The notes under the pieces: model-generated
The model's database searches: none
What the model saw: only the letters and a program-made list of their open reading frames with translations
What the model was told of the DNA's origin: nothing
Part shown: positions 9,791 to 18,472 of the stretch, piece after piece
Layout of the letters: each line of letters begins with the position of its first letter
How positions within the stretch are numbered: position 1 is the stretch's first letter
Made by a program: the position numbers and the translations under genes
Assembly: GCF_017348835.2 (NCBI RefSeq)
Contig: NZ_CP071375.1
Source of the DNA: Escherichia coli
GTDB taxonomy: Bacteria > Pseudomonadota > Gammaproteobacteria > Enterobacterales > Enterobacteriaceae
Strand: one strand, 5' to 3'
DNA length: 64,000 nucleotides

Positions 9791-11833
9791 TCAGCCCTTA
9801 ATGCCGTAATGCTCCAGCATCGCATCCAGCTGCGGTTCACGACCACGGAAGCGTTTGAACAGATCCATCGGCTCTTCTGAACCGCCACGGCTCAGAATGT
9901 TGTCGAGGAACGACTGCCCGGTTTCACGGTTGAAAATGCCCTCTTCCTCAAAGCGCGAGAAAGCATCTGCCGCCAGCACATCGGCCCACAGGTAGCTGTA
10001 GTAACCTGCGGCATAACCACCGGCGAAAATATGGCTGAAAGCGTGCGGGAAACGGCCCCAGGATGGAGACGGTACTACGGCAACCAGTTTCTTGATTTCT
10101 GCCAGAGTTTCGAGGATTTTCGCTCCCTGATCCGGGCGGAACTCGGCATGGAGGCGGAAATCGAACAGGCCGAACTCCAGCTGGCGCAGAATAAACAGCG
10201 CCGCCTGGTAGTTCTTCGCTGCCAGCATTTTATCCAGCAACTCTTTCGGCAGCGGTTCGCCGGTTTCATAGTGACCGGAGATAAACGCCAGCGCCTCCGG
10301 CTCCCAGCACCAGTTTTCCATAAACTGGCTCGGCAGTTCGACCGCATCCCACGGCACCCCGCTGATACCAGACACACCAGCGGTTTCAATGCGGGTAAGC
10401 ATATGATGCAGGCCATGACCGAACTCATGGAACAGAGTGATCACTTCGTCGTGAGTGAACAGCGCCGGTTTACCATTCACCGGGCGGTTGAAGTTACAGG
10501 TCAAATACGCGACCGGTTTTTGCAGCGAACCGTCGGCTTTACGCATCTGGCCTACGCAGTCATCCATCCACGCCCCGCCGCGCTTGTTTTCACGGGCATA
10601 CAGGTCGAGGTAGAAGCTACCGCGCAGTTCGTTGTTCTCGTCATACAGTTCGAAGAAACGTACATCCGGATGCCAGACATCAACATCTTTACGCTCTTTA
10701 GCGGTGATGCCGTAAATACGTTTCACCACTTCAAACAGGCCGTTAACCGCTTTGTTTTCCGGGAAGTACGGACGCAGCTGTTCGTCACTGATGCTGTAGA
10801 GGTGCTGTTTTTGTTTTTCGCTGTAGTACGCGATATCCCACGGCTGCAACTCATCGACGCCAAATTCGGCTTTGGCGAAGGAACGCAGTTGTGCCAGCTC
10901 TTTTTCGCCTTGCGGACGTGCGCGTTTTGCCAGATCGGTTAAGAAATCAAGCACCTGCTGCGGGTTTTCTGCCATTTTAGTGGCAAGGGATTTAAAGGCG
11001 TAGTTTTCAAAGCCCAGCAGTTGCGCCAGTTCGTGACGCAGCGCGAGGATCTCTTCCATCACCTTGCTGTTGTCCCACTTACCGGCGTTCGGACCTTGAT
11101 CGGAAGCGCGAGTGCTGTAAGCACGATACATCTCTTCGCGCAGAGCCTGGTTGTCGCAATAGGTCATTACCGGCAGGTAGCTTGGGATATCCAGCGTCAG
11201 CAAATAACCTTCCAGCTCTTTCGCTTCGGCCTGGGCTTTTGCCGCAGCCAGCGCGCTTTCTGGCATCCCCGCCAGCTCCGCTTCGTCGGTAACGAGTTTG
11301 GTCCAGCCCATTGTCGCATCGAGGACGTTGTTGCTGTACTGGTTTCCCAGCTCGGAAAGACGAGTGGCAATCTCACCGTAGCGTTGCTGTTTCTCTTTTG
11401 GCAGACCGATGCCAGAGAGTTCAAAGTCGCGCAGTGCGTTATCAACCGCTTTCTTCTGCGCCGTGTTCAGCGTGGCGTAATGATCGCCATCGCGCAGGTC
11501 GCGATACGCTTTATACAGCCCTTCATGTTGCCCTACCCAGGTGCTGTATTCCGACAGCAGCGGCAGGGTTTGCTCGTAGGCTTCACGCAGTTCCGGGCTA
11601 TTTTTCACCGAGTTCAGGTGGCTGACCGGGGAGAAGATACGCCCCAACACATCGTCCACTTCCGCCAGCGGCTGGCAGAGATTTTCCCAGGTGTACGGTG
11701 CCCCTTGCGCTACTACGCGCTCCACATTTTCCCGGCAGTCGTTCAGCGCCTGAGTCACGGCTGGAACGACATGTTCCGGGAGAATTTTAGAAAACGGAGG
11801 CAATTCAAAGGGAGTCAGTAACGGATTCGTCAT
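9791..11833 (-). CDS. prlC: oligopeptidase A (M3 zinc metallopeptidase)
   Basis: Taken from ORF 9791..11872. The ATG at 11833 gives 680 aa beginning [17 protein letters not shown]. The HEFGH zinc motif is present. Recognised as PrlC/OpdA. Confidence 0.95.
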   Translation of the reverse strand: MTNPLLTPFELPPFSKILPEHVVPAVTQALNDCRENVERVVAQGAPYTWENLCQPLAEVDDVLGRIFSPVSHLNSVKNSPELREAYEQTLPLLSEYSTWVGQHEGLYKAYRDLRDGDHYATLNTAQKKAVDNALRDFELSGIGLPKEKQQRYGEIATRLSELGNQYSNNVLDATMGWTKLVTDEAELAGMPESALAAAKAQAEAKELEGYLLTLDIPSYLPVMTYCDNQALREEMYRAYSTRASDQGPNAGKWDNSKVMEEILALRHELAQLLGFENYAFKSLATKMAENPQQVLDFLTDLAKRARPQGEKELAQLRSFAKAEFGVDELQPWDIAYYSEKQKQHLYSISDEQLRPYFPENKAVNGLFEVVKRIYGITAKERKDVDVWHPDVRFFELYDENNELRGSFYLDLYARENKRGGAWMDDCVGQMRKADGSLQKPVAYLTCNFNRPVNGKPALFTHDEVITLFHEFGHGLHHMLTRIETAGVSGISGVPWDAVELPSQFMENWCWEPEALAFISGHYETGEPLPKELLDKMLAAKNYQAALFILRQLEFGLFDFRLHAEFRPDQGAKILETLAEIKKLVAVVPSPSWGRFPHAFSHIFAGGYAAGYYSYLWADVLAADAFSRFEEEGIFNRETGQSFLDNILSRGGSEEPMDLFKRFRGREPQLDAMLEHYGIKG

Positions 11834-12035
11834 TAGCGCAGTCCTGGTTAAAGAGGTTAAAGAAGCGCTCAACAGGCGCTTTACATAATGTTTGTAGCAT
11901 GGGGTTAAGTGTAGTGAATTTCAATGAGAAACGTTACGCTTTCGCGGCGGCGGCCTCTTTTCGGTATACTGTCCTGATAGGCTTTTGTGCGCCCCGAATA
12001 CGGGCCGATTTTTACTTACCGGAACACCTTTACCC

Positions 12036-12878
12036 ATGCTCAGTTATCGCCACAGCTTTCACGCTGGCAACCACGCCGACGTCCTTAAACATACCGTTCA
12101 GAGCCTGATCATCGAGTCGCTGAAAGAGAAAGATAAACCGTTTCTCTATCTCGACACCCACGCAGGGGCCGGGCGTTATCAGTTAGGCAGCGAACATGCC
12201 GAGCGTACCGGCGAATATCTCGAAGGTATCGCCCGTATCTGGCAGCAGGACGATTTGCCCGCAGAACTGGAGGCGTACATCAATGTGGTAAAACACTTCA
12301 ACCGTAGCGGTCAGTTGCGTTACTACCCCGGTTCGCCGTTGATTGCTCGCCAGCTACTGCGCGAACAAGACAGCCTGCAACTGACCGAACTGCACCCGAG
12401 CGATTACCCGTTGCTGCGTTCTGAATTTCAGAAAGATAGCCGTGCGCGCGTTGAAAAAGCCGACGGTTTCCAGCAGCTTAAGGCCAAACTGCCGCCGGTT
12501 TCCCGCCGTGGTTTAATCCTTATCGACCCGCCGTATGAAATGAAAACCGACTATCAAGCGGTGGTCAGCGGGATAGCAGAAGGTTACAAACGTTTCGCCA
12601 CTGGTACATACGCACTGTGGTATCCGGTGGTGCTGCGTCAGCAAATTAAGCGCATGATCCACGATCTGGAAGCGACCGGTATTCGCAAAATTCTGCAAAT
12701 TGAACTGGCGGTACTGCCAGACAGCGATCGCCGTGGCATGACCGCTTCCGGCATGATTGTGATTAACCCGCCGTGGAAGCTGGAACAGCAGATGAATAAC
12801 GTGCTGCCATGGCTGCACAGCAAACTGGTTCCGGCAGGTACCGGGCACGCCACCGTAAGCTGGATCGTGCCGGAGTAA
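12036..12878 (+). CDS. rlmJ: 23S rRNA m6A2030 methyltransferase RlmJ
   Basis: Taken from ORF 11985..12878. The ATG at 12036 gives 280 aa beginning MLSYRHSFHAGNHADVLKH, with the DPPY catalytic motif (LILIDPPYE). Recognised as YhiR/RlmJ. Confidence 0.92.
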   Translation: MLSYRHSFHAGNHADVLKHTVQSLIIESLKEKDKPFLYLDTHAGAGRYQLGSEHAERTGEYLEGIARIWQQDDLPAELEAYINVVKHFNRSGQLRYYPGSPLIARQLLREQDSLQLTELHPSDYPLLRSEFQKDSRARVEKADGFQQLKAKLPPVSRRGLILIDPPYEMKTDYQAVVSGIAEGYKRFATGTYALWYPVVLRQQIKRMIHDLEATGIRKILQIELAVLPDSDRRGMTASGMIVINPPWKLEQQMNNVLPWLHSKLVPAGTGHATVSWIVPE

Positions 12879-12949
12879 TTGCAGCCATCGCTGGCACCTA
12901 TTACGTCTCGCGCTACAATCGCGGTAATCAACGATAAGGACACTCTGTC

Positions 12950-14302
12950 ATGACTAAACACTATGATTACATCGCCATCGGCGGCGGCAGCGGCGGTATC
13001 GCCTCCATCAACCGCGCGGCTATGTACGGCCAGAAATGCGCGCTGATTGAAGCCAAAGAGCTGGGCGGCACCTGCGTGAATGTTGGCTGCGTGCCGAAAA
13101 AAGTGATGTGGCACGCGGCGCAAATCCGTGAAGCGATCCATATGTACGGCCCGGATTATGGTTTTGATACCACTATCAATAAATTCAACTGGGAAACGTT
13201 GATCGCCAGCCGTACCGCCTATATCGACCGTATTCATACTTCCTATGAAAACGTGCTCGGTAAAAATAACGTTGATGTAATCAAAGGCTTTGCCCGCTTC
13301 GTTGATGCCAAAACGCTGGAGGTAAACGGCGAAACCATCACGGCCGATCATATTCTGATCGCCACAGGCGGTCGCCCGAGCCACCCGGATATTCCGGGCG
13401 TGGAATACGGTATTGATTCCGATGGTTTCTTTGCCCTTCCTGCTTTGCCAGAGCGCGTGGCGGTTGTTGGTGCGGGTTACATCGCCGTTGAACTGGCGGG
13501 CGTGATTAACGGCCTCGGCGCGAAAACGCATCTGTTTGTGCGTAAACATGCGCCGCTGCGCAGCTTCGACCCGATGATCTCTGAAACGCTGGTCGAAGTG
13601 ATGAACGCCGAAGGCCCGCAGTTGCACACCAACGCCATCCCGAAAGCGGTAGTGAAAAATGCCGATGGTAGCCTGACGCTGGAGCTGGAAGATGGTCGCG
13701 GTGAAACGGTGGATTGCCTGATTTGGGCGATTGGTCGCGAGCCTGCCAATGACAACATCAACCTCGAAGCCGCTGGCGTTAAAACCAACGAAAAAGGCTA
13801 TATCGTCGTCGATAAATATCAAAACACCAACGTTGAAGGTATTTACGCAGTGGGTGATAACACGGGTGCAGTGGAACTGACACCGGTAGCAGTTGCAGCG
13901 GGTCGCCGTCTCTCTGAACGCCTGTTTAATAACAAGCCGGATGAGCATCTGGATTACAGCAACATTCCGACCGTGGTCTTCAGCCATCCGCCGATTGGTA
14001 CTGTTGGTTTAACGGAACCGCAGGCGCGCGAGCAGTACGGCGACGATCAGGTGAAAGTGTATAAATCCTCTTTCACCGCGATGTATACCGCCGTCACCAC
14101 TCACCGCCAGCCGTGCCGCATGAAGCTGGTATGCGTTGGACCGGAAGAGAAGATTGTCGGTATTCACGGCATTGGCTTTGGTATGGACGAAATGTTGCAG
14201 GGCTTCGCGGTGGCGCTGAAGATGGGTGCAACCAAAAAAGACTTCGACAATACCGTCGCCATTCACCCAACGGCGGCAGAAGAGTTCGTGACAATGCGTT
14301 AA
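12950..14302 (+). CDS. gor: glutathione reductase
   Basis: A 450-aa ORF with the FAD motif IGGGSGG and the redox-active disulfide [13 protein letters not shown]. Recognised as Gor. Confidence 0.97.
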   Translation: MTKHYDYIAIGGGSGGIASINRAAMYGQKCALIEAKELGGTCVNVGCVPKKVMWHAAQIREAIHMYGPDYGFDTTINKFNWETLIASRTAYIDRIHTSYENVLGKNNVDVIKGFARFVDAKTLEVNGETITADHILIATGGRPSHPDIPGVEYGIDSDGFFALPALPERVAVVGAGYIAVELAGVINGLGAKTHLFVRKHAPLRSFDPMISETLVEVMNAEGPQLHTNAIPKAVVKNADGSLTLELEDGRGETVDCLIWAIGREPANDNINLEAAGVKTNEKGYIVVDKYQNTNVEGIYAVGDNTGAVELTPVAVAAGRRLSERLFNNKPDEHLDYSNIPTVVFSHPPIGTVGLTEPQAREQYGDDQVKVYKSSFTAMYTAVTTHRQPCRMKLVCVGPEEKIVGIHGIGFGMDEMLQGFAVALKMGATKKDFDNTVAIHPTAAEEFVTMR

Positions 14303-14308
14303 ATGTTA

Positions 14309-14339
14309 AAGGGCTAAGAGTAGTGTGCTCTTAGCCCTT
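14309..14339. terminator. hairpin shared by convergent gor and dinQ
   Basis: AAGGGCTAAGAG-TAGTGTG-CTCTTAGCCCTT forms a 12-bp perfect stem between the gor stop (14302) and the dinQ stop (14356). Confidence 0.75.
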
Positions 14340-14355
14340 AATTACGTTTCCGCTA

Positions 14356-14439
14356 TCAGTTCAGAAGCTGAAGCAGAAAGCGGATCAGTTCCAGCAGCGC
14401 AATTAACGCCCCAAGAACGATGATTGCTTTATCAATCAC
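14356..14439 (-). CDS. dinQ: DinQ, SOS-inducible 27-aa single-TM toxic peptide (type I toxin)
   Basis: It is too short for the ORF track. Reverse-strand translation from GTG (complement of 14437-14439) gives (M)IDKAIIVLGALIALLELIRFLLQLLN*, which I recognise as DinQ. A LexA box lies upstream and the agr repeats lie nearby. Confidence 0.85.
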   Translation of the reverse strand: MIDKAIIVLGALIALLELIRFLLQLLN

Positions 14440-14632
14440 CCGTTTTCTCCATGCGATGGAGTGAGAATGCATCCGCTTACTCATCCACTGCCTGTCACGG
14501 CGCATGTCTCATTGTTAGATAAGAACTCTCTCACTCCGGCCAGAGCATCAGTTAACGGCACCACCCGTACTTCTGACCAGGACTTTGAAAGCGTTTATGC
14601 GCATTACCAGAGTGAAAATGCCTCAGAGCTAA

Positions 14633-14648
14633 CTGGATAATCATACAG
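14633..14648. promoter_or_regulatory. LexA (SOS) box of the dinQ promoter
   Basis: CTGGATAATCATACAG fits CTG-N10-CAG. The 20-mer AACTGGATAATCATACAGTA matches the consensus TACTGTATATATATACAGTA at about 15 of 20 positions. A TATGAT -10-like hexamer on the minus strand overlaps it. Confidence 0.75.
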
Positions 14649-14677
14649 TACATTCAGGTTATAAAACCAGCATGTCC

Positions 14678-15773
14678 TGTGTAAGTTCACAGAGATATTG
14701 CAATTGCCTCCGGATAAGTAAGGGGAGATTGCACTATGCAAATGCAGCATCTGATGGTTGGCTATCCTAAGTACTACCAAACGGCCGATTATGCGTTGAG
14801 GCTTTCAGTGATGGCTGATATAGCAACAATGAGAATGAAGGCTCTGCACTTCTGGGATAAACACGGTATTTCTGCAGCTTCTGAAGCCTTTGGCGTGTCC
14901 TGCCGCACGCTTTACTGGTGGCGTCAGTTACTGAACAAGGAAGGACCTGAGGGGCTAATCCCGCACAGTAAGGCACCTCTGGTGCGACGAAAAAAACACT
15001 GGCATCCCGATGTGCTGAAAGAGATTCGACGCCTCAGGACAGAGCTGCCGAACCTCGGTAAAGAGCAGATTTTTGTTCGCCTGAAGCCCTGGTGCGAACA
15101 GCGCTATCTGGCCTGTCCGAGTGTTTCCACCATCGGCAGAATGATCGCTGCCGCACATGATAAAATGCGGATGATACCTGTGCGTCTGGGATCGCGGGGG
15201 AAGGCACTGCTTGTCAAAAAGCGGTCTGCCAAACCCCGCAGGCCAAAGCACTACCGCCCGGTAAAGACAGGTGAGCTCATTGGGATGGACGCCATTGAGC
15301 TCAGAATGGGCGAACTGCGTCGCTATGTCATCACCATGATCGACGAATGCAGCAATTACGCGCTGGCGCTGGCTGTGCCGTCACTCAACAGTGATATCGT
15401 CAATCACTTCTTCAGCCGCGCAGCCCGGTTGTTCCCGGTCGGTATCAGCCAGATAATCACAGATAACGGAAAAGAGTTCCTGGGAAACTTCGACAAAACG
15501 CTGCAGGAAGCCGCTATCAAACACCTCTGGACCTATCCCTACACGCCAAAAATGAACGCTATCTGTGAACGTTTTAACCGGACGTTAAGAGAGCAGTTTA
15601 TTGAATTTAATGAGATTTTACTCTTTGAAGATCTGGCGCTATTTAACCAGAAGCTGGCGGAATATCTGGTGCTGTATAACAGCAAAAGACCCCACAAGGC
15701 GCTCGCACTAATGACGCCCGTGGAATATATTTTAAAAGAGAATAAAAATTGCAATATGTGGTGGACCCATACA
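14678..15773 (+). mobile_element. insertion sequence with single-ORF IS481-like architecture (about 1.1 kb)
   Basis: It has imperfect terminal inverted repeats. The left end is TGTGTAAGTTCACAGAGATATTGCAATT, and the right end reverse-complemented is TGTATGGGTCCACCACATATTGCAATT. The termini are TGT...ACA. A flanking direct repeat TGTCC lies at 14673-14677 and 15774-15778. The element contains one DDE transposase ORF. The exact ends are uncertain by 2-3 nt. Confidence 0.75.
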
Positions 15774-15818
15774 TGTCCTTGCAATAGTTTCAGTATGGTA
15801 TTAGCATTGATGCGTTAG
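14736..15818 (+). CDS. DDE (rve/integrase-core) transposase with N-terminal HTH
   Basis: A 360-aa ORF with AAGGGGA 9 nt upstream of the ATG and an HTH-like segment FGVSCRTLYWWRQ. The catalytic triad candidates are GMDAIE, ITDNGKEF and, 35 residues later, CERFNRTLRE. The ORF runs through the right IR and stops 45 nt outside the element. Confidence 0.85.
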   Translation: MQMQHLMVGYPKYYQTADYALRLSVMADIATMRMKALHFWDKHGISAASEAFGVSCRTLYWWRQLLNKEGPEGLIPHSKAPLVRRKKHWHPDVLKEIRRLRTELPNLGKEQIFVRLKPWCEQRYLACPSVSTIGRMIAAAHDKMRMIPVRLGSRGKALLVKKRSAKPRRPKHYRPVKTGELIGMDAIELRMGELRRYVITMIDECSNYALALAVPSLNSDIVNHFFSRAARLFPVGISQIITDNGKEFLGNFDKTLQEAAIKHLWTYPYTPKMNAICERFNRTLREQFIEFNEILLFEDLALFNQKLAEYLVLYNSKRPHKALALMTPVEYILKENKNCNMWWTHTCPCNSFSMVLALMR

Positions 15819-15897
15819 ATGATGGCATTCTCACTCCAGCCAGAGCCACCAACTCTGGGCTGCAAAGTAAAAAACCGACGCAAAGTCGGTTTTTTTA
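15814..15897 (+). ncRNA. agrA: AgrA small RNA (dinQ-related repeat, weak antisense match)
   Basis: The promoter has TTGCAA (15779-15784), a 17-nt spacer and TAGCAT (15802-15807). The body begins GTTAGATGATGGCATTCTCACTCCAGCCAGAGC and ends in the terminator AAAAACCGACGCAAAGTCGGTTTTTTT. It is a paralogue of the agrB copy. The ends are estimated. Confidence 0.7.
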
Positions 15898-16044
15898 CAT
15901 CCGGATTCGGACAAGGCTTAATATGACGATGACCCAGTGAAAGTATATAAATCGTCACTGCGATATATACCGAAGTGCCCCCTCCGCCAGCTGAAGAAAT
16001 CGCTAATTCTTGCAATGTTAGCCACTGGCTAATAGTATTGAGCT

Positions 16045-16127
16045 GTTAGATAAGAGCTCTCTCACTCCAGCCAGAGCCACCAACTCAGGGCTGGAAAGTA
16101 AAAAACCGACGCAAAGTCGGTTTTTTT
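16045..16127 (+). ncRNA. agrB: AgrB small RNA (trans-antisense antitoxin of dinQ)
   Basis: The promoter has TTGCAA (16010-16015), a 17-nt spacer and TAGTAT (16033-16038). Positions 16045-16077 match the dinQ-region copy 14514-14546 at 31 of 33 positions, making it complementary to the minus-strand dinQ mRNA. It has the same terminator as agrA. The ends are estimated. Confidence 0.75.
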
Positions 16128-16200
16128 ACGTCCTGATTCAGACCTCCTTTCAAATGAATAGCCAACTCAAAATTCACACCTATTACCTTCCTCTGCACCT

Positions 16201-16241
16201 ACGCATTCGTTAAACCATATATGTTTTTGACTTATCCGCTT
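16201..16241 (+). promoter_or_regulatory. remnant of the ars promoter with the ArsR operator (-35 retained, downstream part deleted)
   Basis: ACGCATTCGTTAAACCATATATGTTTTTGACTTATCCGCTT closely resembles the ars operator and promoter as I recall it from R773 and chromosomal ars operons (..CATTCGTTAAGTCATATATGTTTTTGACTTATCCGCTT..). The similarity stops at about 16241. Confidence 0.6.
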
Positions 16242-16292
16242 TGGTTTGTAACGCTGGCTGCGCTGGCGCTACGTCTCTCTTTCACTTTGTAA
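16242..16292 (+). pseudogene. arsB: arsB 3'-terminal remnant (last 16 codons plus stop)
   Basis: TGG TTT GTA ACG CTG GCT GCG CTG GCG CTA CGT CTC TCT TTC ACT TTG TAA encodes WFVTLAALALRLSFTL*, a hydrophobic C-terminus ending 12 nt before the arsC ATG, as arsB does in intact operons. No arsR or arsB body is present upstream. Confidence 0.6.
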
Positions 16293-16304
16293 TGAGATAC
16301 TGAT

Positions 16305-16730
16305 ATGAGCAACATTACCATTTATCACAACCCAGCCTGCGGCACATCGCGTAATACGCTGGAGATGATCCGCAACAGCGGTACAGAACCGACCATTATC
16401 CATTATCTGGAAACACCACCAACGCGCGATGAACTGGTAAAACTCATTGCCGATATGGGGATTACCGTACGCGCGCTGCTGCGTAAAAACGTCGAGCCGT
16501 ATGAGGAACTGGGCCTTGCGGAAGATAAATTTACTGACGAGCGGTTAATCGACTTTATGCTTCAGCACCCGATTCTGATTAACCGTCCGATTGTGGTGAC
16601 GCCGCTGGGAACTCGCCTATGCCGCCCCTCGGAAGTGGTGCTGGAAATTCTGCCAGATGCGCAAAAAGGCGCGTTCTCCAAGGAAGATGGCGAGAAAGTG
16701 GTTGATGAAGCGGGTAAGCGGTTGAAATAA
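16305..16730 (+). CDS. arsC: arsenate reductase (glutaredoxin-coupled ArsC family)
   Basis: A 141-aa ORF, MSNITIYHNPACGTSRNTLEMIRNSG..., with the catalytic Cys12 context HNPACGTSRN. Recognised as E. coli ArsC. Confidence 0.95.
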   Translation: MSNITIYHNPACGTSRNTLEMIRNSGTEPTIIHYLETPPTRDELVKLIADMGITVRALLRKNVEPYEELGLAEDKFTDERLIDFMLQHPILINRPIVVTPLGTRLCRPSEVVLEILPDAQKGAFSKEDGEKVVDEAGKRLK

Positions 16731-16779
16731 AGCGGCTATATCCCCCCCACAGGTTGTTAGAAAAGTGCGCTTTATTTAT

Positions 16780-16880
16780 GTCGGATGCGACGCTGGCGCG
16801 TCTTATCCGACCTACAAGGTTATGAAAATTCGATGAATTGTATGTTATTTGTAGGCCTGACAGGCGTAGCGCATCAGGCG
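16780..16880. repeat. REP/BIME element
   Basis: GTCGGATGCGACGCTGGCGCGTCTTATCCGACCTAC and GTAGGCCTGACAGGCGTAGCGCATCAGGCG are inverted REP units downstream of arsC. Confidence 0.9.
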
Positions 16881-17356
16881 ATTTTGCTATTTACACATTA
16901 CTCCCTGCGTGAGATTCCAATTATCGCGTCCAGCATGGTGTATCAGTGATCTGCTTAGTGATCAGCGATACAGTGCAGCAGTTTAAAGACGTACTGGATT
17001 ATGATTTATCAGTGCTTTACACAACAAATTATTCAATAATTATAAGATACCTTAACCCATTTTATTATTACACATCTAAAACATCACAAAAATATCATTT
17101 CACACACTATCGGAGAACATCATAACTTTTTAAAATGAGCGCTTTTTGATAGTTGTTAACGTTTTCTTTTACGATACTATCAATGCCCTTTTTTATACAC
17201 AAATATTACCGGGTGGAGATAAAAGGGAAGTCAAAGGTAATTATATCAGGAAGATATGACGCATGATATTTATTGTGCGTAGAAGAAAATCCATTCCTGC
17301 TCTAATTATCCAATTTAAAAATCTTAGCATAAAACAGATAATGAATAAGGAATGTT

Positions 17357-18472
17357 ATGTCAATTGACTTTACCCCAGGTGTGATAAATACATATCACGG
17401 CGATATTTATAACCGCACAACAGATACCGACAATGTTAAAACACCAGACACACCGATGTGGCCTTGTGATAATCGGGAAGAACAACAACCCATTAATTCC
17501 ACATTCTCTGGAGAAGGATACAACCCTGAACAATATGATTTAGCGCGGCAACACCTCCCACAAATTTATGCGTGCCGCACGAACACCAAATATACAGATG
17601 CAGACTACTCAAAAGTTGTGGCTCAACTTGTAAGTCTTATTACTAACATTGAATCGATAAGTTCGACACCACTTACGCGGCAGGCACAGGAAATACTTAA
17701 TCAAATTAATAACATTAGATACGAAAAGAACAAAAGTGCTGAATGTCGAATCATTGTTGTCGCTAATCCTAAACCCGACAAGGCAATCATAACTAAAATT
17801 AGCGTAGAAGAGGGAATACCAGTAAGATTCAGTGTCCAAACCATGTTTTCAGATACTAATTTTATTGCTGAACAACGAGCTGACTTACCGACTAATATAA
17901 AAGATATTCAAATCCTGTATCAAAAAATGACGAAGTTATATATTGAACACAGTGAAAATAAAAACAGGATGAAAGTCTTTGCCGGAACCAACTTTATTGA
18001 TTTCAATATGACAGGACAGAACCTGTCCGGGTTCGTTCTAACTTTGTCAAGGTTTTATTTCGAAGATCTACTTAATATAAATTTCACTGACGCAAATTTA
18101 GGTGACACTATTTTTTCACATAAAGAACACCCTACCCCCAAATTATATAAAGACGAACAATATCTTGACAAACAAATCGAAGGTTTATTTTCAACATTAT
18201 TAACCATTAATGACAACTTTTTACGAGCAAAAGCGGAAATTGCTTCGACAATAATTAAATTCTTAGAGGCCAGGATAACCAATCTTTCATACAATGACAT
18301 ATTAAAATATCAGCAAGAATTCCAAAAACAATGTTATAAGCAAGTTAAAGCCTTTACGACACTCTCCCGATACAATAAAATTCAAACATGGGCAGAAATG
18401 TCTGAATATCAATTCGAAGTATTTCAATACGAGACGCTTAACCCAAAAAAATGTCACGTACGCCTTATTTAA
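17357..18472 (+). CDS. yhiS: uncharacterised YhiS-like protein with a central pentapeptide-repeat segment
   Basis: A 371-aa ORF in a markedly AT-rich stretch with AAGGAA 6 nt upstream of the ATG. It occupies the arsC-slp position that yhiS holds in K-12. Residues 211-255 show nine consecutive 5-residue units with a central F/L/M. The symbol is assigned by synteny. Confidence 0.65.
   Translation: MSIDFTPGVINTYHGDIYNRTTDTDNVKTPDTPMWPCDNREEQQPINSTFSGEGYNPEQYDLARQHLPQIYACRTNTKYTDADYSKVVAQLVSLITNIESISSTPLTRQAQEILNQINNIRYEKNKSAECRIIVVANPKPDKAIITKISVEEGIPVRFSVQTMFSDTNFIAEQRADLPTNIKDIQILYQKMTKLYIEHSENKNRMKVFAGTNFIDFNMTGQNLSGFVLTLSRFYFEDLLNINFTDANLGDTIFSHKEHPTPKLYKDEQYLDKQIEGLFSTLLTINDNFLRAKAEIASTIIKFLEARITNLSYNDILKYQQEFQKQCYKQVKAFTTLSRYNKIQTWAEMSEYQFEVFQYETLNPKKCHVRLI

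Noticed and set aside
9784-9888. N-terminal extensions proposed by the ORF track for rsmJ. Similar extensions appear for prlC 11834-11872, rlmJ 11985-12035, slp 18653-18826, chuT 23804-23881, chuV 28293-28322 and yhiD 29793-29804. They also appear for hdeB 30183-30194, gadE 32178-32255, gadA 41471-41533, yhjC 46232-46303, yhjG 52223-52237, pdeH 53060-53104, kdgK 52943-53290 and yhiM 1391-1489.
   Set aside because: The longest-ORF rule over-extends these genes. The shorter starts reproduce the N-termini I recognise for the E. coli proteins. They also avoid overlap with neighbouring genes, promoters or operators.
12638-13987. A 449-codon ORF on the minus strand, antisense to gor.
   Set aside because: It lies entirely within the well-supported gor CDS. 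Its product is low-complexity and rich in R/A/G/H with no recognisable motif. This is a typical shadow ORF of a codon-biased gene. The same reasoning applies to 10031..10942 and 11021..11821 (antisense to prlC), 60625..61497 and 61516..62106 (bcsC), and 56666..57421 (dctA). It also applies to 47606..48397 (yhjD), 39995..40654 and 40748..41323 (gadA), 25335..25919 (chuW), 58222..58869 (pdeK) and 50828..51364 and 51713..52259 (yhjG).
15815-16015. A 66-codon minus-strand ORF between agrA and agrB.
   Set aside because: It overlaps the agrA RNA and terminator in antisense and has no SD. It is a chance ORF in an intergenic repeat region.
15814-16127. Repeated roughly 85-bp units with conserved ends (the agrA/agrB copies), which could be mistaken for a tiny CRISPR-like or tandem-repeat array.
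   Set aside because: There are only two full copies, each with its own promoter and intrinsic terminator, separated by about 150 bp of unique sequence. There are no short regular spacers and no cas genes. They are sRNA gene paralogues.
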